Position numbers and translations under genes: made by a program | In this document: in pieces, positions 1 through 12,385 of the stretch | Layout of the letters: each line of letters begins with the position of its first letter | How positions within the stretch are numbered: the stretch's first letter is position 1 | DNA from: Octopus sinensis | Lineage: Eukaryota | Assembly: GCF_006345805.1 (NCBI RefSeq) | Contig: NC_043016.1 | Span: 5,766,001 to 5,830,000, forward strand | DNA: 64,000 bases | Direction of reading: 5' to 3' | Notes under the pieces: generated by a model | Seen by the model: the letters and a program-made list of their open reading frames with translations, nothing else | What the model was told of the DNA's origin: nothing | Database searches by the model: none

Positions 1-465
1 GATATTTGTAATCAGAAACCATATTTAAGAGCGTATTGTTGAGAGTGTGAATGATGAAATCACTGTTACGCACCTTCTCCAGGAGCACAATGCAATTACA
101 GTTGAAGTAATAATTATAAAATCTGAACACTTCACAAACACGTTAAATTCATACCAATTATGAAAGAGAAAGTAGATGGAAATTTAAATTAAAGTATAAC
201 AAAAGTGCACCAGTAATGTCATCCTCATGACCACCACTACTGTGCTGGTATAGAGAAAACGGTGTATTTTACGTATATAGAGTTATGTTGATTATTTAGC
301 CCCAGCTCAACCATGACTGAATAGATTGAAAACATTCCAGCTGTGACCATCCAGTCTTTCAGTTTAATTTGGAGTTTGATTTGAAGGAGATTTAGCAGCT
401 ATTTCTAGCAAAAGAAACAAAAACAGGGAGACTATCATATTTTTATATTAATAAATAAATTGTGT

Positions 466-950
466 TTAACCCTTTAGCATTTACATTACTCTGTCAACTG
501 TAATAATTATTTATTCTTATTGTTTTCAATTAATCATGTATTATCATGTAGTTTTGAGACTTTGATGATGTGATCATTTACTTTAGAATGATATGGTAAT
601 GTAGGCGTCCGGTGGATGAACTGAGCCGTGATGTCCATCTCCCAACTCCACTTCCCAACTGGCAGAAACATGCGGTCGGGCAGCTGAAGACCTGGGTTAC
701 AACGATTAAGGAGGACCTCTCCGTGCTCACGGGACCGCAGGTGGTCGGCCTGCGCCGATGGAACCGTGACTGGCTCGCTATCTCCAGTGAACTGGCACAG
801 GACCGTCGTGCGTGGGCTGCCGTGGTTCGAGATGCCTCGAGGGTGGTAGAAGAAACCGACTCAACCCGCCCAGGGTGAATGTCGCCACAAGTACAAGTAA
901 GTAGTATCTGGCCAGTTTGAACATAATATGGGTAGAATATTTTGGCCTAT
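466..950. mobile_element. piggyBac-type MITE interrupted by an RTE 3' fragment
   Basis: TTAA|CCCTTTAG start; body aligns by eye with the intact copy at 19609-19837 on both sides of the insertion. Confidence 0.7.
608..905 (+). mobile_element. 5'-truncated RTE-clade LINE 3' end
   Basis: ORF 612-878 ...GQLKTWVTTIKEDL...LAQDRRAWAAVV resembles an RTE ORF C-terminus; short repeat tail caagtacaagtaagta; GC-rich relative to flanks. Confidence 0.7.
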
Positions 951-1770
951 TTAAATAATATTTTTTTAAAATACCAAATAAAGAACAGAAAATTTATTCA
1001 TTTTATAATTATTAATTATCAATTTTCAATGTGTAAACAGTTTTAATTTGATTTTTGTTTTTATATTAATCTGTTGAAAATCATTTTCGTTTTTGTGCTT
1101 TCAATGTTCAGAGATGGTCGCAAAATTGAGCAAAATATTTTATAGCAAGCTGCCTAGTATAAAGGTATTAATTAGTCTCATTGGCACAAATATGTAAGTG
1201 GTTTGGTAATTCCAATCAAATCAAACTCAATTTGTTTCAGGTATTTATTGACACTGGAACAATGAAAGGCAGACTTGACCTTATTGGGAAAGAATTTAAA
1301 ATGGGTATAAGGAGGAGGAGGAGGTAAAAAGAAGTAGAGAAACAGAACCAAAAGCTGACATACACACACACACACCACACCCACTTACACACTGCTGTCT
1401 CACTCATAATAATTAAGTGGTTCTTAATATATAATTGTTTCTTAATATACAGTAATTGTTTGTTAATTTTCCAACCAATCATACAAGGAGTGTTACTTTA
1501 CATGTTATTCTTTAGAGTACAATATAATAACTATGGCAGTGTTTGTCCTCAGCAGCTATTCTTTCAACAAGCTCGACCTTAACCTCTTTCACGTCAAAAA
1601 TCAGGCTTCACTTTTGTTTCTATTATTAAAACTCAACTCATAAACTGACGCAGTGCTTCCTTCGGCAGTATAAAAACAACATAAGCTCTTACTCTACAAT
1701 TGATACAACAGAATGAAGGAATATATATATATATATGCTTTGTTTAAAAGCAGCAGAAATATAACAAAAG

Positions 1771-1808
1771 CTGTTACTCAGAGTTTCACATTCCTATTCA
1801 TCGGACAG
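1771..1808 (-). ncRNA. Minimal type I hammerhead ribozyme motif (decayed)
   Basis: CUGU-CCGAUGA-AUAggaaUGU-GAAAC-UCUGA-GUA-ACAG: stem I CUGU/ACAG, near-palindromic stem III ACUC-U-GAGU, GUA cleavage triplet; stem II weakened by apparent CpG decay. Confidence 0.55.
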
Positions 1809-1847
1809 TTTTGTTAAAAAAAAAAAAATTGTCCAATGAATGGGAAT

Positions 1848-2048
1848 TCTTTTATTTGTTTCAGTCATTTGACTGCGGCCATGCTGGAGCACTGCCTTTA
1901 GTTGAGGAAATCGACCACAGGACTTATTCTTTGTAAGCCTAGTACATATTCTATCAGTCTCTTTTGCCGAACCGCTAAGTTACGGGGACGTAAACACACC
2001 AGCATCGGTTGTCAAGCGATGTTGGGCGGAACAAACACATACACATAC

Positions 2049-2085
<37 letters not shown>

Positions 2086-2250
2086 CGACGGGCTTCTTTC
2101 AGTTTCCATCTACCAAATCCACTCACAAGGATTTGGTCGGCCCGAGCCTATAGTAGAAGACACTTGCCCAAGGTGCCACGCAGTGACTGTGAACCTGGAA
2201 CCATGTGGTTCGTAAGAAAGCTACTTACCACACAGCCACTCCTACGCCTA
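1848..2250 (-). mobile_element. tRNA-derived SINE family A (CORE-like segment, internal microsatellite)
   Basis: Head AGGCGTAGGAGTGGCTGTGTGG (A box) and B-box-like GGTTCAC; CCTTGGGCAAGTG; many copies in the window. Confidence 0.85.
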
Positions 2251-2455
2251 TAAAAATGATGAACTACCTTAATCAATTTTCGAACATTGCTGTGTTCTTA
2301 TCAGAGGTGTCCACATCATTTTGGCAACCGCCAAAATGGTGATTAACAGCTTTTGTTATATCTCTGCTGTTTTTAAATAAAGCATATTACTCTACCTCTG
2401 GTATTTGAGTACTCTTTTTTCCATCTTGTTTCACATTTATGTGCTTATTCTGGTG

Positions 2456-2493
<38 letters not shown>

Positions 2494-2495
<2 letters not shown>

Positions 2496-2838
2496 CACTT
2501 GACCACTTTGACCGACCAGTCCGTCAGGCGTCCATTTGACACCGCTGGTCACAGCACGCTGTCTACTCCTCTCTGGATCGCGCCTTTCTCATCCACGTGA
2601 TCCCAATCGTCCTCCTGAAATCGTAACTCCACCGTCATGGAGGTCTTCCGGGTGGTCTTTTCTGCTTACGTGGGTACCACTCGTCAACTGCGTGCGTCCA
2701 CCGATTATCGGTGAGCCGGGCGATGTGTCCAGCCCATCTATACTTGCTGCGTGTATACTCTGCGATGACATTTCTCACGCCGGACTTCTTTCTGATGATC
2801 TTGCTACTTATGTGCTCAACGTTGTGCTCTCGTTGTGA
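2494..2838 (-). mobile_element. 5'-truncated RTE-clade LINE 3' end
   Basis: ORF ...IRKKSGVRNVI...KYRWAGHIARLTDNRWT...WYPRKQKRPPGRP, a typical RTE C-terminus; flanked by (TA)n. Confidence 0.85.
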
Positions 2839-2857
2839 GATATATATATATATATAT

Positions 2858-2978
2858 ATCACATGATCACATGACCGACCAGACCATCAGATGTTGTTAC
2901 ACATCGCTGGTCACAATGCGTTCGCATTGTTTTAGCCTTCGAATGACGCCACCCCGCTGGCTAAGCGAGCAGGCCAAA
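2858..2978 (-). mobile_element. 3' tail fragment of SINE family C
   Basis: Nearly identical to 34432-34551. Confidence 0.8.
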
Positions 2979-3151
2979 TATATATATATATATATATATA
3001 TGTGACAATTATTTGGTAGTTTTTATTCAGAATTTTATCTTGGCTACCGAATAATTGTCACATAATACATTTACAGATAAATTCCTCTATTTACATAATA
3101 TCGAGGTCTCTTTCTTTCTTTTGTTATCTTACCGTTTTTATCAACACACAC

Positions 3152-3184
<33 letters not shown>

Positions 3185-3394
3185 AGAGAGATGACGAAGG
3201 AATAAATGATTAGCTTATGAACTTCATAAGATAATCCTTTATCCCTTTCTCATCTCTCTTATTGCTGCTCTATACTCAGCTAACACTTCGTTCTGAAACG
3301 TACGTATATTGAGTTCTACACCAGGTCTCACAATATTTAAGTGAAATATTAAAATACACACATGCACACACACAGACACAAAAGTACTATTTAC

Positions 3395-3547
3395 CATTCT
3401 ATTGATGCGGACAAAATCATCAGGAGTTCGTGCCCAGTGTGGCAGACAGACATCATCCACTTTGATATTGTCATCTTGTTCTCCAAAGTTGTATGTGTTT
3501 TGGTTAACAAACATTTCAGGTAGGTAATAGAATTCAGGTATAAGTTC
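3395..3547 (-). CDS. NBEA: Neurobeachin/LRBA-family internal coding exon (BEACH)
   Basis: ggcag|GAACTTATA...AGAATG|gtaaa; 153 nt; ELIPEFYYLPEMFVNQNTYNFGEQDDNIKVDDVCLPHWARTPDDFVRINRM (ELIPEFYY motif); the next exon (ALES...) was not found in the window. Confidence 0.97.
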
Positions 3548-3911
3548 CTGCCAGAAAAAAATAAACAGAATGTTTAATTGCAGTGTATGAAACAGATTGT
3601 TGGTGCAATAATACTGAAAACATGGCATAATGTACAAGAAATGCTTCGAATTTAAGATGGAAAACATAAATTCTTTAAAACTCAATCATAAAAATGTCTT
3701 CTTCATAATAAGTTCAAGAGGTCTCCAAACATGCATTAAGGAGTATAAAAAGTTCTTCACTCTGTTCCTATTGCAAGTTTCTGGCTTGTGTGCTTTCAGT
3801 GTGAATTCTCACATTTTCTAATATTATACATCTATATATACAGATTTATATATATACATATAAATGTATATACATATAAACACATACATACTAATATATA
3901 TATACATTCAT

Positions 3912-3942
<31 letters not shown>

Positions 3943-4051
3943 CACACACACACACACATATACACACACATATATATACACACACATATATATACACACA
4001 TATATATATATATATATACACATATATACACACACACACACACATATATAT

Positions 4052-4085
<34 letters not shown>

Positions 4086-4099
4086 GTGATGATGATGAT

Positions 4100-5512
4100 C
4101 ATCATCATCACCGTCGTCGTCATTTAACATCTGCTTCCCTTGCTGGCATAGGTTGGATGGTGTGACTGAGGACTGGCAAGCCAGAAGGCTGCACCAGGCT
4201 CCACTCTGATCTGGCAAGGTTTCTACAGCTGGATGCCCTTCCTAACGCCAACCACTCTGAGAGTGTAGTGGGTGCTTTTACGTGGCACCAGCATGAGGGC
4301 CAGTCAGGCAGTACTGGTAATGACCACGCTCAAATGGTGTTTTTTACATGCCACCAGCACGGGAGCCAGTCAGCGGCTCTGGCAGCAATCACACTCGGAT
4401 GGTGCTTTTAACGTTCCACTGGCATGGGTGCCAATAAGGCAGTACTGTCATCATCCATGTCAGCGATTTTGATTTCACTTGCCTCAACAGGCCTTCGCAA
4501 GCAAAGTTTATTGTCCAATGAATGAAGGGTATTCATAAGTGGGCTGGTTATACACCACTGGCATAGGCCACAGGTTATGGTCTCACTTGGCTTGCCAAGT
4601 CTTCTCAAGCACAGCATATTTCCAAAAGTCTCGGTCACTAATCATTGCCTCAGTGAGGCCTAATGTTCGAAGATCATGCTTCACCACTTCATCCCAGGTT
4701 TTCCTGGGTCTACCTCTTCCACAGGTTCCCTCAACTGCTAGGGTGTAACACTTTTTCACACAGCCGTCCTCATCCATTCACAATACACGACCATACAAGT
4801 GCAGTCGTCTCTCTTGCACACCACATCTGATGCTTCTTAAATCCAACTTTTCTCTTAAGGTACTTACACTCTGTCATGTCTGCACACTGACATTACACAT
4901 CCAGTGGAGTATACTGGCTTCATTCCTTGCAAGTTTACGCATGTTCTCAGCAGTCACAGCCCATGTTTCACTGCCAGGTAGCATGGCTGTTCGTACACAT
5001 GCATCATACAGTCTACCTTTTACTCTGAACGAGAGGACCTTTGTCACCAGCAGGGGTAAGAGCTCTCTAAACTTTGCCCAGGCTATTCTTATTCTAGCAG
5101 CTACACTTTCAGTGCACCCTCCCTCACTACTGACTGGGTCACCTAGGTAACACAATCAACTGCTTCTAGTTTTTTTACACATTTTCAGTATTTATAGAAC
5201 CTTAGTATTTGCCACATACAAAAACTATCTTCCCAGTTAGCCTTCCTTTGATATTGCTGCACCTCTTATGTGTCCATAGCTTACACTGGGTACATCTTAT
5301 GGAGTTTCTACCTACACCTTTTCTACAGATCGAGCAAAGCCATCTACCTGAAGGGATTTGTGGTTTGTCTGCCTTCCTACTTATTAGGACTTTGGTTTTA
5401 GCTAGGTTGACTCTAAAGCCATTCGATTCTAATCCTTGCTGCCACACCTGAAACTTCTCTAGTTCCAATAGTGACTCAACAATTAGAGCAAGGTCATCAG
5501 CATAGAGAAGCT

Positions 5513-5515
<3 letters not shown>
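4100..5515 (-). mobile_element. RTE-clade LINE 3' portion: RT YADD motif, PHD-like Cys/His finger, C-terminus, 3'UTR, (GAT)n tail
   Basis: ELLYADDLALIVES at about 5473-5514; CSIC...CTQCKLWTHKRC...C; YLGD...RIRIAWAKFREL; GRGRPRKTW; frameshifted and therefore dead. Confidence 0.92.
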
Positions 5516-5554
<39 letters not shown>

Positions 5555-5635
5555 ATATATATTTATATTATACATACATATAAATATGTGTGGGGTACAT
5601 TCTTCACCTGGGAAGGTTTTGGCATTTATAAGCAG

Positions 5636-5899
5636 CTATCTTTCCCTTTTTCTGGCAAGGATGTAGTCGATTTGGCTAGTATGCCGGCCCGATCGGTAGG
5701 TGACCAAGTGGCTTGTCGGTTTCCTGAAGTTAGTGTTGCAAACCATAAGACTATTCACATCGCAGAACTCCAGCAGCCTGGTTCCCTCCTCGTTGCGGGA
5801 ACCATAACCGTAGCCTCCATGTACGCCATGGAAGCCCCCAGCATATCGTCCTGCCACAAAGAGAAGGTCCCTATCATTCGTCAATGAGGTGGTCTGCCA
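5636..5899 (-). mobile_element. RTE-clade LINE apurinic-like endonuclease fragment
   Basis: HGGYGYGSRNEEGTRLLEFC...CNTNFRK...TYRSG...QIDYIL; same orientation as the adjacent RT fragment. Confidence 0.88.
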
Positions 5900-7444
5900 A
5901 TTTACGGTAAATGATAAATGAGAACGGACATTCCAACTGGGACTACTCTTTCCTTCTAGACTAAACTATCCAATATTTTGCCTTGTTTCTATGGCATTTG
6001 GATGTGATTCAAGGGAGGATTGACTTTCTATTTCCAGCAGGTTGGGTGACAACATATAAGTTCCTTCATTGGCCTTGATGTTGTTGGATCATGGTTAACC
6101 TAAACACAGCACCAGGTTAGATACGATCAAACAACAAGATCAACAAAGAGATGTTGTTGGTCCAGCCACAACCTTCACTCCTTTCTAGTCCCATCTATGA
6201 CTTAGATGAATCAAATGTGGCCTTCTCATTTCTGTTTTATAAGGTGAGATTTGAGAGATTTGTTCTGCAATCTCTGCCAAGACAAATAATCATTTGCAGC
6301 AGGCTTCCTTGGTAACTGGTTTCACCTTGTGAGCGGTACCAGTGACTGTTGACATACACTGAACCAATTCACCCAGACCATTGATAACAAGAAACGACAC
6401 CCAGTAATATCTGTGGAGATTAATTCAACTCAACAACTTGAAAAACAGGGGGAAAAAAAAGTTGCACAAGTTTTATATTTCCAGTGAAAAACTCTATAAA
6501 ACGTGATACTCTGGTGTGATACAAACTTATAAAATTAAGTGGTGTTAAAACATTTATTTACTACTTTCCCCTCTGTTGAGGAACCTAAATCGCCCCGCCC
6601 CAGCCATGGAGGAGGTGAGAAGAAGAGGGGTGGGGGTGACTGAAAACCCAATTCACTGAGGGGTGAAATTTGAAGAAAAATAAATTAATTAAATGTCTGA
6701 ACCTGAAAAAATATATTTCCACTCATTACCATCATTAGAGAAAGACCCATAGCATGAAATAAAAAGAAAAAAAGAAATGATTTGTTACATATTGTGTCAC
6801 AGCTAACGATAATTATGGAGATGTCAATTTCTTTTACAGTGTGGTGGGATTTGAAATACAATCACACATACACACACACACAACAGCCAAGCTCATATAG
6901 ATATATATATATGTATACACAGATTTATATGCATGTATGCACCACATACAGGCACACCACATATATGCACACATACATACACACACGCATATAGCGAGCA
7001 TGTATATGTATTCATACATTCATATACATGCATACACAGAAGAGGATGGTTGAAAATAAGTGCCAAATAAATAATTAGGAAAACTTAATGAATGAACTGA
7101 TTAAATATCATAATTTGCTAATAAATACATTTCAACTTTTATTTTTATTAGTGGGAGGAATTAGGGCAATGACCATGGTTCTTTCACAGAGTCTCTTTAG
7201 ACCAGTGCCAAAGTAGGAATTGTTATGTGGTCAACCTTTTAGAGATAGCAGCCAAATCACCCTCCAGCCAGATCTATCATCCTAAAGCAAAACCACAATA
7301 GACAACATAGGTCTACTTTATCAAGGCTGAACACAAATTACATAACATTATTTATTCAATGTTTTTTCTTTTTTTTTTTTAGGGTTCTTTCTGTAGCTAG
7401 GCATGGAATATGTAAACTAATGTATGCAGAACAACCGTTTAATA

Positions 7445-7930
7445 TTGGTTTCAAACTTTGGCACAAGGCCAGCAATTTTGGGGAAGGCAATAAGTCGATT
7501 ACATCGACCCCCCCCCCCCCGTATTCAACTGGTACTTATTTTATTGACCCCGAAAGGATGAAAGATAAAGTCAACCCCGGTGGCATTTGAACTTAGAACA
7601 TAAAAATGGATGAAATGCTGCTAAGCATTTTGCCTGGTGTGTTAATGATTCTGCCAGCTCAACACCCTACAACCAAGGAAAATAAAGCATATTTGGAAGG
7701 ACCCTAAAATACTCTATAAATGCATTGAACCAGTAGAATCATTAGCACACACTGAGCAAAATCCTTAGAAGCATTTCATCCATCTTTATGTTCTGAGTTC
7801 AGATTCTGTTGAGGACCACTTTTCCTCTCATCCTTTTGGGGATCAATAAAATAAGTACCAGCTGAGCACTGGGGTTGAATGTAATTGATTTACCCACTCC
7901 TGGCCTTGTGCTAAAATTTGAAACCAATAT
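7445..7930. mobile_element. Inverted pair of SINE family B copies (minus about 7445-7670, plus about 7735-7930)
   Basis: Shared body ctttcatcctttcggggtcgataaa..aagtaccag in opposite orientations. Confidence 0.75.
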
Positions 7931-8894
7931 TAGCATCCTTCCAAAATAGAGTAGATTTTCTTATATTCCAGATGATATCTGTGAACTTTAAATCTTGTAG
8001 TACAGACTAAGTTGTTAACATGCATGACCATTGGCAGTTGGGTGACACTGTCTTAGTAACTACTAAAATGTCTTAGTCACCTAGCTATCTTGGATATTGA
8101 TATGTGTTGCGTGTGACAGATGTGTACTTGGAGAACGTCTACAACAAATATCTAAAGATGAAGATTTTCTTTTTTTTTCATGTATTTTATTTAGTCTTTA
8201 TTAGTGAACATTTGTCTTTCACTATTTTAAAAATAAGTTTGTTTGCCAAGAAGTGAGTGCTGATGTTCCATGCAAAATCCTTCATTGAAGAAATAAAAAA
8301 AAGCATATTCGGAAGGACTCTAAAATACTCCCCTTTTTGAGAAAAAAAAACTCCGAAAAATCAGAGTTCACAACATAAAATTATTTTATAAGTTTTATCA
8401 ATTGTGTTTTTCATACATATTGATTATCGTTAAATATTAATTTGACAAATCTGACCATTATCAAATTCCTTGGACTTTTAGATTGTCTCCTATATCTATC
8501 AGAATGGGCTATCTGGTCAACATCAACCGGGTGCCTTTTATGTGGCACCAGCACCACTGGGGTTGCCAAGTTGCTTGCAAGACAGACCTCTCAGCTGAGA
8601 GAGAGAGTGGAACCAGTAATAAGCAAGTGACCAAAGGGCCAGCAGCTCAAATTCTGCTGCCATGACAACCACTGTATTATGATTGTCTGACACCGAGTGA
8701 TGTGACTCTCAATCATAAGCACACCTATATGTAATTTGTACATATCATTAAAAGCGCTCCAGTTATGACCATCCTGTATTTATCATTATCCAATTTAACC
8801 TTCATTATTTAATGCAGTAAATGTGGTTGGAGGAAGATCTGGCTTCAATGTCTAGAAGAATTTCAGTGATTTATAAACTTAAGTTCCTCTAATT

Positions 8895-9143
8895 CAGTGG
8901 TTCTCAACAGGGGTCCATATAAGATTTCACTGTTAAAACATATTTACAATAAATAGATTATACTTCTACAATACACAAAATATTTTAACAATTTTTTTTT
9001 TATACAATACCTAGTATTTAATCATAAAAATGCAATAGGTGCTTTCAGAGATTGAATGACCAGAAGAGTCACCACCACTGCCACTTCTCAAATAAAGTGG
9101 GGAGCAAAAGTGTCCATAGGTAAAAAATGGTTGAGAACCATTG
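8895..9143. mobile_element. hAT-type MITE
   Basis: TIRs CAGTGGTTCTCAAC / GTTGAGAACCATTG with an exact 8-bp TSD CTCTAATT (8887-8894 and 9144-9151). Confidence 0.9.
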
Positions 9144-9435
9144 CTCTAATTAGTAAAAGCTTCCTGAAATATTCCAGCTTCCTTCTACCAAAGAGAAGAT
9201 ACTTTGCAAAAAATGTCCACTCCATCTTGTAATCAGAAATAGTGTATGTAGAATTGCTTTATTTAATCTATCATTGTTTAAGATGATTGTGTTTTATCTG
9301 AGACAAATTTAGTCATTATTTCTAGCAAATTAGCTTTCTCATTGATTCAATTCTTAAATGTTTATCAAAATCATCAATTATTAAATATTATCAAGAAAGC
9401 CATGTAAACAGCATGCAATAACTATAAAAGTTTAC

Positions 9436-9555
9436 CTTCACATCAGAAGTATCTCTCTGGCAGTTTTTCCAAGCTTGACTGATAGAAAAAAATGTCCTGT
9501 TTGCATGGTCAAATTTTCCACCTTGCATATTCAAAAATAAAGTAGTGAATGGTTC
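9436..9555 (-). CDS. NBEA: Neurobeachin/LRBA-family internal coding exon (BEACH)
   Basis: ttgcag|GAACCATTC...GTGAAG|gtaaa; 120 nt; [40 protein letters not shown]. Confidence 0.97.
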
Positions 9556-10049
9556 CTGCAAAATAAAAATAAATTAACAAAATTGAAAAAAAAGAAGCAA
9601 ACTATTTGTTTTTGGCTCCCTGTCTATCTTTACAAACACATCTATACATTATCATCATAATCATCAGCATTTAATGCTTGTTTTCCATGCTGGCATAGGC
9701 TGAACAGTTCAATAGGAACTGGCAAGCCAGAGGTCTATGCCAAGCTCCACAGCAGTGTGCTTCATGTGTGTATATTTGTCAGCAAGGAGACAACCAATAA
9801 ATCAAAGAATTGAAAAGAATGAAAAATATACACTGAGTATTTGGTTCCATTGAAATCGTTTCTCTTTATACCAAGAACTGCCTTTCGTCTCTTATGAGAC
9901 CAATAACATAAGTACCACAAAAATTAATGAGATTGATATAAATGAATGAAAAAGACTTAAAAGGAAGTGGTCCAGTATGGCCACAGTTTAATGACTGAAA
10001 CCAGTAAAAGAATGAGATTATAAAATTATATTTATTCAAAAATTTCTGA

Positions 10050-10444
10050 GACCTTTGGCAATATGCCATGTTTGAAAAGACCTGCCAAGCCAAGTGAAAT
10101 CATAGTTGTGTCATGTAACTGACATTTGTGCTAGTTGCACATAAAAATCGACCTTCAAACATTGGGCCTCGTGGAAGCATTATAAGTGGCAATATGCCAT
10201 GCTTGAGAAAATCCCTCAAGCCAAGTAAAATCATAGTTGTGGCACCCATGCCGGTGTCACATAACTGGCATCCATGCTGGCAGCACATAAAAAGCATCCA
10301 TTACATTCTTGGAGGGGTTGATGTTAAGAAGAGCATCCAGCTGTAGAAACCATGCCAAATCAGACTGGAACCTGGTGCAGCTCTCCAGCTTACCAGCCTT
10401 AGTCAAACCATCTAATCCATTCCAGAATGGACAGCAGATGCTAA

Positions 10445-10478
<34 letters not shown>

Positions 10479-10480
10479 CT
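10050..10480 (+). mobile_element. Old RTE 3'UTR-type repeat with (GAT)n tail
   Basis: Diverged reverse complement of 4100-4620; tail ends about 130 nt from the donor of the 10614 exon. Confidence 0.7.
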
Positions 10481-10613
10481 ACTTTGAATAATACCAATTC
10501 AACTTTTTTTTATAATTTTCTTCCATCCCACCTCTGTCCGACTGTGATGAAACTCTAAAAGAGAAAAAAGACAAAATAAAAGCCATACAAAAAAAGGGGG
10601 GGGGGAAACTTAC

Positions 10614-10754
10614 CAATCTTATAAGCCAATTGAGAGTAAAGGCGGCAGTTGAATAGTGAGTTCCATAATGGAATGGTGGGATTTGTTCATGCTCCCATGT
10701 AGCATAACGTTCATCAAAGAATTTCTTTCTTGCTGGATTTAGTGCTCCAATAGG
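10614..10754 (-). CDS. NBEA: Neurobeachin/LRBA-family internal coding exon (BEACH)
   Basis: ttacag|CCTATTGGA...AGATTG|gtaag; 141 nt; [47 protein letters not shown] (FHYGTHYS motif). Confidence 0.97.
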
Positions 10755-11324
10755 CTGTAAAGAAGAAAGTGACTTGTTGAAGAAATAGATTTAGTGAAAC
10801 AGAAGAAATCCTCTTAAACCTTTTGAAACAAACCTGCCTGAAACCAACCCTGGTTCTACAATGTAAATTCCTTGTTTTAAATTATCTAGAATTCCATCAG
10901 AATTCTGTATGTTAATTTCTGTTCCAAACACCAGCTTAATAATGGCAAAATTATTTTGCTAAGATTCTTCAATATTTTCAAATTTAATTGAAACAAAAAC
11001 AGTGTATTCAAACAGAGATATGGTAATAAAAGGGCTTAAAAGAATTTGGTTCAACTGAATCACTGGAAAGATTTTATGTGTTCTGTACGGTTAAGTTTCA
11101 TGGAAGGCAAAAATTAGCATAGCTGGTGGTGGCAGCATTAAACTGAGGCTGTAACTAAACATTACAAATTAGTAAGCATACACATACACATACATACACA
11201 CACATACATACACATATATTTATATACAATGGTAAAAAATCTCAAGAGAACAGAACAGCGGGTCTTCAGAGAAGAAACCTTCCTCAGGTAAGTGTTTTCA
11301 CCCTTAACTTCTTGCATTCAAAGG

Positions 11325-11385
11325 GGGCCATGTCATGACCAGGCCATGTCTTGACCAGGCCATGCCATGACCAAGCCATGACTCA
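11325..11385. repeat. 16-bp tandem repeat, about 3.5 units
   Basis: GGCCATGTCATGACCA-like units. Confidence 0.7.
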
Positions 11386-11761
11386 TGGGTGCCCTTTTGT
11401 TGACACTATTTAGCCAGTTGGATATTGGAGACTTGTGCATTCAAACCACCTGGAGATTTCATCTAGTTGTAACTCCATTGACTCAGTTTTCAAACTTAAA
11501 GAAGAAATAATGTTGGATGTCATGGTAACCAGTGGAATGTCACTGCTATCACCATGACTCACTCAGAGTTACTTCCCTTAGCGTTAAAACACCAGAATAT
11601 TGCTTTCAAATGCTATGGGAGGTTGTTTTTGTTCCTCTCCAACCAGATCCAGCTGGAACATCTCTCTGCTGTCTCTGAGATATTTAGCCAGACTATATTC
11701 ACACACACACACACTCTTCCAGACCTGAAAATGTATCACTGATGGTTAAATACCATCTTTA

Positions 11762-11944
<183 letters not shown>

Positions 11945-12167
11945 TTATATATATAAAGAAAAATATTTGATAATGGCACCTTCCATTAATATAAGGCCAC
12001 AAATGGCAGAGAAGGTTGGTGGTGATGAAACCTCCTCCTGTATCTACACAAACTGGAAAGATGAAAGCATCTTTCTGAGATAAAATCATAACCTACTGAT
12101 GACAGGTAAACCAACAAATGCAAGGTAGAATTATTAGGTGCACCACTCTTTTAAATACAAAATATAA

Positions 12168-12385
12168 ATTTCTTTACTCCCCACAAGGGGTTAAACACAG
12201 AGAGGACAAACAAGGACAGACAAATAGATTAAGTCAATTATATCGACCCCAGTGCTTAACTGGTACTTATTTAATCGACCCTGAAAGGATGAAAGGCAAA
12301 GTCGACCTCGGCGGAATTTGAACTCAGAATGTAGCAGCAGACGAAATACTGCTAAGCATTTCGCCCGGCGTGCTAACGTTTTTGC
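12168..12385 (-). mobile_element. tRNA-derived SINE family B
   Basis: B-box-like GAGTTCAAATTCC; body matches 36250-36480 and 40898-41128. Confidence 0.85.

Larger units (their letters stand above)
1735..2460. mobile_element. Foldback element with a head-to-head hammerhead-like pair, interrupted by a SINE
   Basis: 1735-1776 is the reverse complement of about 2345-2385; flanked by (TA)n; inner arms 1771-1808 and 1829-1846 carry hammerhead core motifs. Confidence 0.6.

Noticed and set aside
3270-3312. GAAAC-GTAC-GTA hammerhead half-site
   Set aside because: No convincing upstream CUGANGA core with a pairing stem II
3239-3685. 148-aa ORF as a standalone gene
   Set aside because: Only 3395-3547 is BEACH-like and it is bounded by splice sites; the rest is intronic read-through
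3788-4217. Overlapping YI/HT/VC-rich ORFs (also at 44348-44994, 49303-50021, 61172-61782)
   Set aside because: Translations of di- and tetranucleotide microsatellites
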